A stretch of DNA of 64,000 nt from an uncultured Acidobacteriota bacterium (GCA_963815865.1 CAWFIK010000002.1:281628-345627); one strand, 5' to 3'. Numbered from the stretch's first letter, positions 9,869 through 19,388 are shown. A program made the numbers and translations. Notes: generated by a model not told the origin, from the letters alone.

Positions 9869-11846
9869 ATGGGGGTCGTCTACCGCGCGCGGGACCTCAA
9901 GCTCGACCAGGACATTGCGCTCAAGCGGATCCGTCCCGACCGGATGTCGCCGGAGCGTCAGCAGACGTTGCGCCGCGAGATCATCCTGTCGCGCCGGGTC
10001 ACGCACGAGAACGTCTGCCGCGTCTACGACCTCGTCGAATTGAACGGCGAGGAGTTCGTCTCCATGGAGTACGTGCCGGGACGAACCCTGAAGGACATCG
10101 AGACCGACGAGCGGGTCCTGCCGCTCGGCCACGGGCTCGCGATCGCCAAGAAGATCTGCCGCGGACTCGCGGCCGCGCACCGCATCGGCGTTCTTCACCG
10201 GGACCTGAAGCCCGAGAACGTCATCGTGACCGACGGCGGGACGCCGCAAGCTCATGGACTTCGGGATCGCCGTCGAGACCGCCGTCTAGCGCGGAGAGGA
10301 GAAGAAGACACCGTGCCGGGAACGCCGCAGTTTCTCGCGCCGGAGCTGCTCCGCGGGGAGGCGCCGAGCGTCCTGACCGACGTCTACGCAATGGGGGTCG
10401 TCCTCTTACGAGATGTTCACGGGACGGGTCCCGTTCGACGACCAGGACACGTCGCCGGCTCGTCCGCAAGGTCATCAAGGAGGCGCCCCCGCCAGGCGGC
10501 ATCGTTCCGGCCGGACCTGCCGCCGGAGCTCCTCTCGATCCTCGACCGGGCGATCGCGAAGGACCCGCAGGCGCGGTTCTCCGATTCCGACGCGCTCGCC
10601 GACGCCATCGCCGCGTTCGAGGGAAGCGTCCTCGACCGCGTCCTCGCGGAGGTCTCCGTCACGCGGGCGAAGATGGTCAAGCTCATGGTCATCCTGGAGG
10701 CGAACAAGTCCCTGGCCGCCACGTTCGATCCGACCGAGATCCTGCGGATCATCCTCCGGACGGCGACCTCGGAGACGGACGCGGAGCGCGGCACGATCTT
10801 CCTGCGAGAGCCGGGCTCCGAGACGAGCTCGTCAGCCAGATCCTCGAGGGGGGCTCGATCGCGCCGATCCGGCTCCCGCTCGGCCGCGGCATCGCGGGAA
10901 CGGTCGCGAAGACAGGCGAGATCGTCAACATCGCCGACGCCTACGGCGACCGGCGGTTCGACGTCCGATACGGACGCTTCGTCGGGCTTCCGCACCTCGA
11001 CGATCCTCGCCGCGCCGATGCGCACGCCCGCGGGCGAGATCGTCGGAGTGGTCGAGCTCTTGAACAAGCGCCACCGGCCCTTCACCAAGGAGGACGAGGA
11101 GTTCCTGGCGGAGGTCGGCACGCATTCGGCGCTCGCGGTCGCAGGGCGTGCGCGAGCACGAGGCGGCGGTGGCCCGCGCGCGGCGGGAGGGCGTCGCGGC
11201 CGCGCTCCGGGACGTCCGGGCACTGCTTGCGCCGGCCGCGTGGCCGTCCGTGCCCGGTTTCGAGGCGGTCCCGCTGCGCTGGGACTCGGCCGAAGGCGGC
11301 CTCGTCGCCTATGCCGCGGAGACCTCCGCCGGAGATCTCTCTCTTCTTCTCCTGGAGGCTCCCGGCGCTCCGGAAGACTCCGTTGCCCCGCTCGCCGCCG
11401 GCCTCGCCGCTGGACGCGCTATCCTCGCGTCGGCCTCTCCCAACGAAGTCCTCGAAAGGGTCCTCGAGGCGGCTCCCTCCTGTTCCGCGACGGTTGCTCA
11501 ATGGCACGGCTCGCGCCTCCGGCTCTCAGCCTCTCGTGCGCCTCTCCCGTTTCTCCTGCGCGGCGGCAAGGCCGCGCGCCCGGCCGCCCTGGAAGAAACG
11601 AATCGGACGACCGCGGAATGCGAGACCAAACCCGGAGATCTCGTCATCGTGGCGTCGAGCGGTCTGGAGCGTCTGCGCTTCGGCCAGGAGTTTCGGCCTC
11701 CCGAGCAACTCGTCGAGGAGCTGGCGTCCGCGGCGGACGCCCCGCTCCGAGCCGCCTTCGAGCGGACCGTCGATGCGTGGAAGGCCGCCGGCGTGTCTCC
11801 CGGCCCGGCCGATCTTCTGCTGCTGGCCGTCCGCCGATCAACGTGA
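9869..11846 (+). pseudogene. Hanks-type Ser/Thr kinase - GAF - degenerate PP2C/SpoIIE-like fusion, about 8 frame changes; true start lies upstream of 9869 but is not resolvable
   Basis: Motifs in order: GFGGMGVVYRA, HRDLKPENVIV, KLMDFGIA, GTPQFLAPE. Then a GAF domain (LILRTATSETDAERGTIFL...GIAGTVAKTGEIVNIADAY...ILAAPMRTPAGEIVGVVELLNK). Then the 11148..11846 SpoIIE-like region. These segments are spread over all three plus frames. Confidence 0.6.
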
Positions 11847-11876
11847 GGTCCAAAGTCTAGGGTCCCGACCCCCTGT

Positions 11877-11899
11877 CATCCTGAGCGGAGCGAAGGATC
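11877..11899 (+). repeat. REP-like hairpin element CATCCTGAGCGGAGCGAAGGATC
   Basis: Lies between convergent gene ends (11846 and 11912). A near-identical copy is at 42073-42095 on the other strand. Arms ATCCT/AGGAT can pair. Confidence 0.6.
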
Positions 11900-11911
11900 T
11901 GCCCTCGTCGC

Positions 11912-12437
11912 TTAGAGAGACAACTCCCCTACGTCGTAAATCACGCGATCTCCTTCCAGACGAGCGAAGGCGGGAAGTTTACGAGGCCGCGCCTCCTTCT
12001 CCGACAGGATCTCGAGGACTTCCCATCCACGGGCGATCAGCGCGTCCGCGATCAGCGACCGGTGACAGCGCCACGGCAGAGCCTCGGCGCACATCAGCGC
12101 CGAACTGCCTCTCGCGGGCGAGCTCCACGACGCGGTCCAGCCCCTCCGCGAACCCGGGCGTATCCATGAAGTCGGCGTACCCGCGGAAGGCCTCGACGCG
12201 CCACGCCGTATGCGGCGAGTCGGGCCGGGCGCTTGCGCCGCCCGCCGATCTCCGGCAGGCCCGCATAGTCGATCCCCGCCTCCGGAAGACTCGCGGCAGA
12301 CTCGCGGCATTGAAGTGCGGCCACTTGCGCGAGGCCGGAAACCGGCGAACGTCGATCACACTCTCCATCCATGAGCTCTCAGGATCGAGGAATCGCTCGA
12401 GCGGATGATTCGAGTGGCCGAGAGTCCAGATGAGTCC
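11912..12437 (-). pseudogene. DUF488-family protein, at least 5 frame changes
   Basis: Family-typical segments found in different frames: IWTLGHSNHPLERFLD, ILRAHG, ESVIDVRRFPASRKWPHFN, GIDYAGLPEIGG, FRGYADFMDTPGFAEGL, ALMCAEALPWRCHRSLIADAL. GTG start at 12437 overlaps the upstream stop (GTGA). Confidence 0.55.
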
Positions 12438-14258
12438 AAGGCGAAGCCGCGCTTCACGGCAGCACCGCCACCGCCACCGCGCCCGGCCCGCCGTGCGCTC
12501 CGAGCGCCGGGCCGCACTCGACGATCATGCACGTCGGACTCGGGATAGCGCTGCCGGATCTCCTGCGCCAGGACGTCCGCGAGCTCCGGCGGCGTCGCAG
12601 TGAGCCACGCCGAAGCGGCGGCCCTCTCCGTGTCCGGCGTCCGCGGCGATTCGAAGAGGAGCGCCATCATCTTCTGCGGGCCGCCTCGAATCCGCGCGCC
12701 TTCGCGGCGGGCTCCGCCGCCCCCTCCTTCGAGAGCGTCAGCACGGGCAGAAGCCCGAGCGACCTTCGCGAGGAGCCCCTTCGATGGGGAGACGCGGCCT
12801 CCGCGGACCAGATGCTCGAGCGTCGGCACGGCGATGAAGAGCCGGGCCGGGTCGGCGGCGTCCCGGGCGATCCGAGCGACCTCGTCGGCGCTCCTGCCGG
12901 CCGCCGCGGCCTCCGCCGCGGCGCGCACCACGAGTCCGAGACCCACGGAGACGTTGCGGCTGTCGACGTGCTCGAAGCGCGTCTTCTCGACCGGACGGGA
13001 GCCGACGATCGCGGCCTGGTACGTCCCGGAGACGGCGGCGGAGAGGTGGATCGAGACGATCGAGCCGGCATGCGTGGCCACGTTCTCGTAAACCTGCGTG
13101 AAATCGGCGGGAGGAGGCTGCGAGGTTCGCGGCGCCTGCGTCGTCACGGCGAAACGCGCGTAGAACTCCGACGGCGTGAGCGTCACCTTGTCGAGGTAGT
13201 TCTCCGATCCGAAATACACCCGCACGGGCACGACGCCGACGGCGAGCTCCTCCAGGAGCGTCGGCGGCAGGTCGCACGTCGAGTCGGTCACGACCGCGAC
13301 GCGCTCCGCCCGGTTCTGGTCGAACCGCGTCTCGTGCTGGGCGCGCATGTCCTCGACCTTCGTCTGGGCGACTTCCGCCAGGCGCGCCGACTGTCTCGAA
13401 GAGCTTCTCCGGCTCGTTGGTGTGCACGTGCAGGCGCAGCCTTCGAGGCGCTCCCGGCGATCACGATCGAGTCTCCGAGCAGCGCCGCCGCTCTCCGAAG
13501 CTCGTTGCGGTCGATCGCCTCGCCCTCGAGCAGCACCTCCGTGCAGTAGCGGAAGAGGATCGACTCCGAGCTGCTTCTCGAAGACCGCCGCCTTCGACCT
13601 CCTCCGGAGGCGCCTCCGGGAGCCCGTGGCGGGACGCCTCGCTCAGATACCGGACAATCCCTTCGAGGAGATAGACGAAGCCCTGCGCCCCCGCGTCGAC
13701 GACGCCCGCCTTCTTCAGGGCCTTCATCTGGTTGGGCGTGTTCTCGAGCGACTTCTTCGCCTCCCGGAGGGACTCCGGCAGGAGCCGCGCGAAGTCGGCG
13801 TCCCCGTCGGCGCGGCGCCGGACCGCGCTCGCCCAGTCGCGGAGGACCGTCAGGATCGTTCCCTCGACCGGACGCGCGATCGCCGCGTAGGCGGACTCCG
13901 CGCGCGCACCGACGACGGCCGCGGCGAAGTCGCGGGTCGAGGCCCGGGGCACGTCCGGCAGCGCCTCGGAGAATCCGCAGAAGAACTGGGCCATGATCGC
14001 GCCGGAGTTGCCGCGCGCCGCGGCCACGGCCTCTTCGGCCAGGGCGCGGGACATCTCGCGGACGTGCCGCTGGCGGACGCGCGCGATGCCGGAGGCGATC
14101 TTCTGGAGCGTCGAGGCGAGGTTGGTGCCGGTGTCGCCGTCCGGAACGGGAAAGACGTTGATCTTGTTCAGCGGCTCGGCCCGCTCGGCGACGAAGCGGG
14201 CCCCCGCGATGACGGCCCTCGAGAGCCGGCTCCCGTCGAGGTACGCGACGGAGATCAC
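12434..14258 (-). pseudogene. DhaL/Dak2 (FakA-type N-terminal + middle region) fused to a DegV (FakB-type) domain; about 7 frame changes
   Basis: Clean Dak2 part: NVFPVPDGDTGTNLASTL...ARGNSGAIMAQFF...VVDAGAQGFVYLLEG. Middle part: YCTEVLLEG...GDSIVIAG...RLHVHTNEPEKLFETVG. Then RLAEVAQTKVEDMRAQHE runs with no stop into the DegV region VAVVTDSTCDLP...VVPVRVYFGSENYLD...GAHGGPGAVAV. Confidence 0.6.
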
Positions 14259-14518
14259 GACTTGAAGTGGGCCGGCTGTGCCTTCGGCGACACGGAGGTG
14301 TCCCGCGCCGTCTTGTATTCCTCGGCCACGGCGGGCAGCCGGTCGAGATACAGGAGGACGACGCCGCAGCCCATGCAGGCCCACGGATAGACCCGCTCGT
14401 TTCCCCAGTCGAAGAGGCTCCGCCCCCAGGGCTTCCTCCAGAAATAGAAGGTGGAGCGCGCCGAGCGGATCAGGTCTCCGCCGCAGAGCGGACATTTGCG
14501 CTGAAACGCGGAGGACAT
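14255..14518 (-). CDS. small zinc-ribbon protein (hypothetical)
   Basis: MSSAFQRKCPLCGG...CMGCG (CxxC...CxxC). Its stop overlaps the GTG start of the downstream Dak2 gene (GTGA). Confidence 0.55.
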   Translation of the reverse strand: MSSAFQRKCPLCGGDLIRSARSTFYFWRKPWGRSLFDWGNERVYPWACMGCGVVLLYLDRLPAVAEEYKTARDTSVSPKAQPAHFKS

Positions 14519-14560
14519 AAGTGTTGCCCGAGGATATCGCAGAGCGGGCAGCGACTTCAC

Positions 14561-15023
14561 CCCGAGCGCTCCGCGGGTAGTGGGTCAGTCTTACTTGTGG
14601 CTTCGAATCCGCCCCGGCGTCGGGCCCGCCTCCCTCCGTCGGCACGCGACGGCAGGCCGTGATGAGAGGACCGGCCGTCGCTCTAACGCGAAAGCACAGC
14701 TCATAGAGAGGCAATTCGGGATTCGTGGTGGTGTGCTTTCGCTCACGGCGCTCCTCCGGGAGGCGGTCCCGCCGCCGGGGCTCCACCGTGGCGTAAGCCG
14801 GACTGCGAGCCCCGGAGACGGCGGCGTTCCCGTACGGGGTGATGGGTGACGAGCATGGAACGCCACCGCCGGCACCACGGTGAGACTGCGAGGAACCCTC
14901 AGCGCCCGCCGGTTCTGACCGACACGGCCTGCGGGCGCGTGCCCCGTAGGGAACGCCGCCGGCTCCGGGGCGTCCTTTCCGCCTCCGTCGGCTCGATGTG
15001 CAAAGTGACCCATTCCCCCGCGG
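14561..15023. other. 463-bp ORF-free, highly self-complementary gap (candidate ncRNA or MITE-like element)
   Basis: No protein-like frame on either strand. Contains a 30/29-nt inverted repeat (14810-14839 / 14942-14970) and an 11-bp stem (14688-14698 / 14732-14742). See findings. Confidence 0.4.
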
Positions 15024-16541
15024 CTAGGAGCCGCGTTTTCCGTCTTGCGGGCGCCAGCGCAGGACCAGGTTCCTCGCGGCGGCGACTTCGTCCACGCGCT
15101 TGACCGGCGTCGTGTACGGGGCGTTCCGGACGACGTCGGGATTCTCCTCGGCCTCCCGGGCGATCTGCCGCATCGCGGCGATGAAGGCATCGAGGCCGGG
15201 CTTCCCCTCTGTCTCGGTCGGCTCGATCATCAGGGCGCCGTGCACGATGAGCGGAAAGGAGATCGTCGGCGGGTGGAACCCGAAGTCCATGAGGCGCTTC
15301 GCGATGTCCATGCCGTGGACTCCCCGCTCCGCCTGCTTCTTGTCGGAGAAGACGACCTCGTGCATCGAAGGAGCGTCGTACTTCAGGTGATAGACGCCGG
15401 TCAGGCCGGCGCGGATGTAGTTCGCGTTCAGAACCGCGCCGCGCGCGACCTCCCCGATCCGGTTGCCGTAGGCGGAGATATACGCGAGCGCGCGGACGAA
15501 CATGCCGTAGTTGCCGAGGAACGTGCGCAGCCGCCCGATCGATTCGGGGCGGTCGTAGTCGAGCGTGAACGTCCCGTCGGGCCTTCTCTCCACGGTCGGG
15601 CGCGGCAAGAAGGGCACGAGCTTCTCCGCCACCGCCACGGGGCCCGAGCCGGGCCCTCCGCCGCCGTGCGGCGTCGAGAAGGTCTTGTGGAGGTTCATGT
15701 GCATGACGTCCACACCCATGCGTCCGGGCGAGGCGACGCCGACGAAGGAGTTGAAGTTCGCCCCGTCGCAGTAGAGGTAGCCCCCCTTGCCGTGCACGAC
15801 GCGGGCGATCTCCAGGATCTGGTTCTCGAAGATCCCGAGCGTGTTGGGGACCGTCAGCATCAGGGCGGCGACGTCCTCCGTCATCGCCTCTTCGAGCACG
15901 TTGAGATCCAGGGTTCCTCTCGCGTTGGACTTCAACTCGCGGACCATGTAGCCGGCGAAGTGCGCCGAGGCGGGATTGGTCCCGTGCGCGGAATCGGGGA
16001 TGAGCACGACCTTGCGCGGATTGCCGCCCTTCGCGAGGGCGGCCCGGATCATCAGGATTCCGGCGAGCTCTCCCTGCGCCCCGGCCGAGGGCTGCAGCGT
16101 GACGCGGGAGAGGCCCGTCAGCTCGATCAACACCTGCTCGAGGCGCCAGGCGAGCTCGAGCGTCCCCTGCGAGACCTCCTCGGGCGCGAACGGGTGCGAG
16201 GCGGCAAAGCCGGGGAGGCGTGCGGCCTCCTCGTTCGTCCGAGGGTTGTGCTTCATCGTGCAGGAGCCGAGCGGATAGACCCCTTCGTCGATGGAGAAAT
16301 TGAGCCGCGAGAGCCGCGTGAAGTGGCGCGCGACCTCGACCTCCGAGATCTCGGTCTCCCCTTCGATCTCGCCCCGCCGCAGCCGCTGCGGGATCGCCAG
16401 CGTCGGCGGCACGTCGAGCGGCGGCAGCGAATAGCCGATCTTTCCTTCCCCCGACCGCTCGAAGACGAGCGGCTCGTGCCGCGGCTCGGGGCGCGCGCTG
16501 CTCGCCGCCTCCGCGGCCTTCTCTTCCAGCTCGACGCTCAT
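15024..16541 (-). CDS. gcvPB: glycine dehydrogenase (decarboxylating) subunit 2
   Basis: MSVELEEK...SCTMKHNP...NLHKTFSTPHGGGGPG (PLP-Lys region). ATGA overlap with gcvPA. Confidence 0.93.
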   Translation of the reverse strand: MSVELEEKAAEAASSARPEPRHEPLVFERSGEGKIGYSLPPLDVPPTLAIPQRLRRGEIEGETEISEVEVARHFTRLSRLNFSIDEGVYPLGSCTMKHNPRTNEEAARLPGFAASHPFAPEEVSQGTLELAWRLEQVLIELTGLSRVTLQPSAGAQGELAGILMIRAALAKGGNPRKVVLIPDSAHGTNPASAHFAGYMVRELKSNARGTLDLNVLEEAMTEDVAALMLTVPNTLGIFENQILEIARVVHGKGGYLYCDGANFNSFVGVASPGRMGVDVMHMNLHKTFSTPHGGGGPGSGPVAVAEKLVPFLPRPTVERRPDGTFTLDYDRPESIGRLRTFLGNYGMFVRALAYISAYGNRIGEVARGAVLNANYIRAGLTGVYHLKYDAPSMHEVVFSDKKQAERGVHGMDIAKRLMDFGFHPPTISFPLIVHGALMIEPTETEGKPGLDAFIAAMRQIAREAEENPDVVRNAPYTTPVKRVDEVAAARNLVLRWRPQDGKRGS

Positions 16542-17881
16542 CTGCCCGCCTTGAGGGCCGCGACGAGGCGGTCCATCTCCTGCCGGGTATTCAACTCGGT
16601 GACCGCGGTCAGGAAACGGTTGTCGGCGCCGGAACCGAACCGCGAGAGGGGCACGCCCGCGAGGATGCCCTTTCTCGCGAGCCGGGAGAGCAGGGGAACC
16701 GCCGGCTCGGGCGCTTCCACGCAGAACTCGTTGAAGGTCGGTCCCCCGTAGGGGAGGCGGTAGCCGGAGACCCTCGCGATCTCCCCCTTCAGGTATTCCG
16801 CCTTGGCGTGCGACTGCTCGGCGACTTCGCGGAGCCCCTTCTTCCCGAGCAGCGACATGTGGATGTTCGAGGCGAGCGCCATCAGCCCCTGGTTCGTGCA
16901 AATGTTGGAGGTTGCCTTCTCGCGCCGGATGTGCTGCTCCCGCGTCGAAAGCGTCAGGCAGAAGGCGCGGCGTCCTTCCGCGTCGTGCGTCTGCCCCACG
17001 AGGCGTCCGGGGATCTGCCGCTGGTGCTCGGCGCGGCAGGCGAGGAATCCCAGGAGCGGTCCGCCGTTGTGCATCGGCACGCCGAGCGATTGCGCCTCGC
17101 CGCAGGCGATGTCGGCGCCGCCCGCGGCGGGTGGCGCGAGCAGGGCGAGCGAGATCGCCTCCGCGACGACCGCGACCGACAGCGCGCCCTTGCCCTTCGC
17201 CGCGTTCGAGGCCGCGCTCCAGTCCTCGACGAGCCCCAGGAAATTGGGGGACTGCGCGGCTACCGCGAACGTCGTCTCGTCGACCGCGCGCTCGAGCAGC
17301 GCCGTGTCGGTCACGCCCTCCTTCGACAGCGGGATCTCCACGACGTCGAGGCCGAGGTTCGCGAAATACGTATGGACGGTCTCGCGATACTCGGGGTGGA
17401 TGCCCCGCGACAGGACGGCCTTGCGCCGCCCCTTGACGAGGCGCTCGGCCATGAGGAGCGCCTCCACCAGCGCCGACGCGCCTTCGTAGAGCGACGCGTT
17501 GGCGACGTCGAGGCCCGTCAGCAGGCAGATGTGGGTCTGGAATTCGAAGATCGACTGGAGAGTTCCCTGCGAGATCTCCGGTTGATACGGGGTGTAGGAC
17601 GTCAGCCACTCGGCGCGGTAGAGCATCTGGTCGGCGATCGCCGAGACGTAGTGGTTGTAGAGACCGGCGCCCAGGAAGAACGCCGTGTCGCGGGCGTTCG
17701 CGGTCCTGGCCGAGAGACCTCCCATCAGCCGGCGGATCTCGATCTCGGAGAGCGGCGAGGGGAGGACCGGCTCGCGCCGGACCTCCGCGGGAATCGACGC
17801 GAACAGCGCGTCCACGGAGGGCGCGCCGATCGCGGCGAGCATCTCGGCCCGGTCCGCTTCCGAGACGGGAAGGAACTTCAT
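16538..17881 (-). CDS. gcvPA: glycine dehydrogenase (decarboxylating) subunit 1
   Basis: MKFLPVSEADRAEMLAAIG...SYTPYQPEISQGTLQ...REQHIRREKATSNICTNQ. ATGA overlap with gcvH. Confidence 0.93.
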   Translation of the reverse strand: MKFLPVSEADRAEMLAAIGAPSVDALFASIPAEVRREPVLPSPLSEIEIRRLMGGLSARTANARDTAFFLGAGLYNHYVSAIADQMLYRAEWLTSYTPYQPEISQGTLQSIFEFQTHICLLTGLDVANASLYEGASALVEALLMAERLVKGRRKAVLSRGIHPEYRETVHTYFANLGLDVVEIPLSKEGVTDTALLERAVDETTFAVAAQSPNFLGLVEDWSAASNAAKGKGALSVAVVAEAISLALLAPPAAGGADIACGEAQSLGVPMHNGGPLLGFLACRAEHQRQIPGRLVGQTHDAEGRRAFCLTLSTREQHIRREKATSNICTNQGLMALASNIHMSLLGKKGLREVAEQSHAKAEYLKGEIARVSGYRLPYGGPTFNEFCVEAPEPAVPLLSRLARKGILAGVPLSRFGSGADNRFLTAVTELNTRQEMDRLVAALKAGR

Positions 17882-18270
17882 TTCTCCTTCTCTTCCTCCT
17901 TCAGGTACTCGGCGTACTGGTCCGCCGACATCAGCTTCGAGACCTCCTGGTCGGTCGAGAGCTTGATCTTGATGAGCCAGCCGTCGCCGAACGGATCGTC
18001 GTTGACGATGCCCGGCTCCTGGACCGCGGCCTTGTTGACCTCGACAACCTCGCCCGAGACCGGGATGAAGAGCTCGGAGACCGCCTTGACCGACTCGACG
18101 GTGCCGAACTCGTCCTCCGCGTTGAAGACGTGCCCGACTTCGGGAAGCTCGAGATAGACGATCTCTCCCAGCTCCTTCTGCGCGTGGTCGCTGATCCCGA
18201 TCGTTCCGATCCCCCCGTCCACACGGACCCATTCGTGGCTGGGCGCGTAATGCAGGTTGTCGGGATTCAC
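17878..18270 (-). CDS. gcvH: glycine cleavage system H protein
   Basis: AAGGAGG RBS then GTG. YAPSHEWVRV...VESVKAVSELFIPVSGEV (lipoyl-Lys motif). Confidence 0.92.
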   Translation of the reverse strand: MNPDNLHYAPSHEWVRVDGGIGTIGISDHAQKELGEIVYLELPEVGHVFNAEDEFGTVESVKAVSELFIPVSGEVVEVNKAAVQEPGIVNDDPFGDGWLIKIKLSTDQEVSKLMSADQYAEYLKEEEKEK

Positions 18271-19388
18271 TCGGACACCTCCTTCTTTCTCTTGTAAAAA
18301 GGGGTCTCGACGACCCGCGCGCCGGCCTGCCTTCCCCGGATGTCCACGGAGAATTCCGTCCCGACCGAAGAGGCCGCGGTCGGCAGAAGCGCCAGGCCGA
18401 TCGGACGCCCGAGCGTGGGGGAATGCGTTCCGGACGTCACGAGCCCCGGCCCGGCCGGAGTCACGGCCGGGTATCCGTGGCGCGCGATCCCGCGGTCCGT
18501 CATGTCGAACCCGACGAGCTTGCGCGGGACCCCCTCCGCCTTCTGCCGTTCCAGCGCTTCGCGTCCGAGGAACTCCCCTTTCTTCATCTTCACGATCCAA
18601 CCCAGGTCCGCCTCCCACGGCGTGACCGTGTCGTCGATGTCGTTGCCGTAGAGCGCCATCTTCGCCTCGAGCCGCAGCGTGTCGCGCGCCCCGAGGCCGC
18701 ACGGCGTGATCCCCTCCGGCTTGCCCGCCTCGAGCAGCGCGCGGAAGACCGCCTCGGCGAACTGCGGCGCGATGTAGATCTCGAACCCGTCCTCCCCGGT
18801 GTAGCCGGTGCGGGAGACGAGCGCGGGCTCACCGAGCACGTCGATCCGGCGGAAGCCGTAGTAGGGGAGGTCCTTCGGATCGCTCGCGCAGATCCGGGCG
18901 ACGATGGCGGGCGCCCTGGGCCCCTGGACCGCGATGAGCGCGTAGTCGTCGCTCCGGTTCTCGACCGTTGCGCCGCCGCCGGCGCGCTCCCGCGCCCAGG
19001 CGAAGTCCTTCGGCGTGTTGGAAGCGTTGACGACGATCATGTAGTCGTCGGCGGAGCGCCGGTAGATCAGGAGGTCGTCCACGAACGTGCCGCGCTCGGT
19101 CAGGAACGCGGAGTAGTGACAGCGGCCGTCCGCGAGCTTCGAAACATCATTCGGGGTGAGCCGCTGCAGAGCCGCCAGGGCGCCGCTCCCCTTCACCTCG
19201 AGCTCGCCCATGTGCGAGACGTCGAAGATGCCCGCGCGCTCGCGTACCGCCCGATGCTCCTCGAGGATCCCCCGGTACTGCACCGGCATTTCCCAACCGC
19301 CGAAGTCGATCAGCTTCGCGCCGAGCTCGCGATGAAGGGCGTAGAGGGGAGTTCGTTTGAGCGTCGCGCTCTCGGCCGGGGCGGACAT
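18267..19388 (-). CDS. gcvT: glycine cleavage system aminomethyltransferase T
   Basis: LKRTPLYALHRELGAKLIDFGGWEMPVQY...; 373 aa, intact. Confidence 0.93.
   Translation of the reverse strand: MSAPAESATLKRTPLYALHRELGAKLIDFGGWEMPVQYRGILEEHRAVRERAGIFDVSHMGELEVKGSGALAALQRLTPNDVSKLADGRCHYSAFLTERGTFVDDLLIYRRSADDYMIVVNASNTPKDFAWARERAGGGATVENRSDDYALIAVQGPRAPAIVARICASDPKDLPYYGFRRIDVLGEPALVSRTGYTGEDGFEIYIAPQFAEAVFRALLEAGKPEGITPCGLGARDTLRLEAKMALYGNDIDDTVTPWEADLGWIVKMKKGEFLGREALERQKAEGVPRKLVGFDMTDRGIARHGYPAVTPAGPGLVTSGTHSPTLGRPIGLALLPTAASSVGTEFSVDIRGRQAGARVVETPFYKRKKEVSE

Noticed and set aside
9661-12408. 915-aa plus-strand ORF, and similar long ORFs at 8208..9749, 19412..22051, 24278..26479, 42284..44485, 45630..48092 and 58843..60882
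   Set aside because: All are wrong-frame or antisense readings of recognisable genes. Their composition is the Arg/Pro/Gly-rich pattern expected from GC-rich non-coding frames.
14561-15023. tmRNA, RNase P RNA, SRP RNA or tRNA-Sec in the 463-bp gap
   Set aside because: I searched both strands by eye for the hallmark strings. These were GGAAAGUCCGG and ACAGAAnCCGGCUUA for RNase P. For tmRNA I looked for a tRNA-like GGUUCGAnUCC...CCACCA end plus a ...ALAA-stop tag. For tRNA-Sec I looked for a CUUCAAA anticodon loop. Only loose resemblances appeared (GACGGAGGCGGAAAGGACG, CAGUCCGGCUUACG), and the spacing is far too short for RNase P. This needs cmscan to settle.
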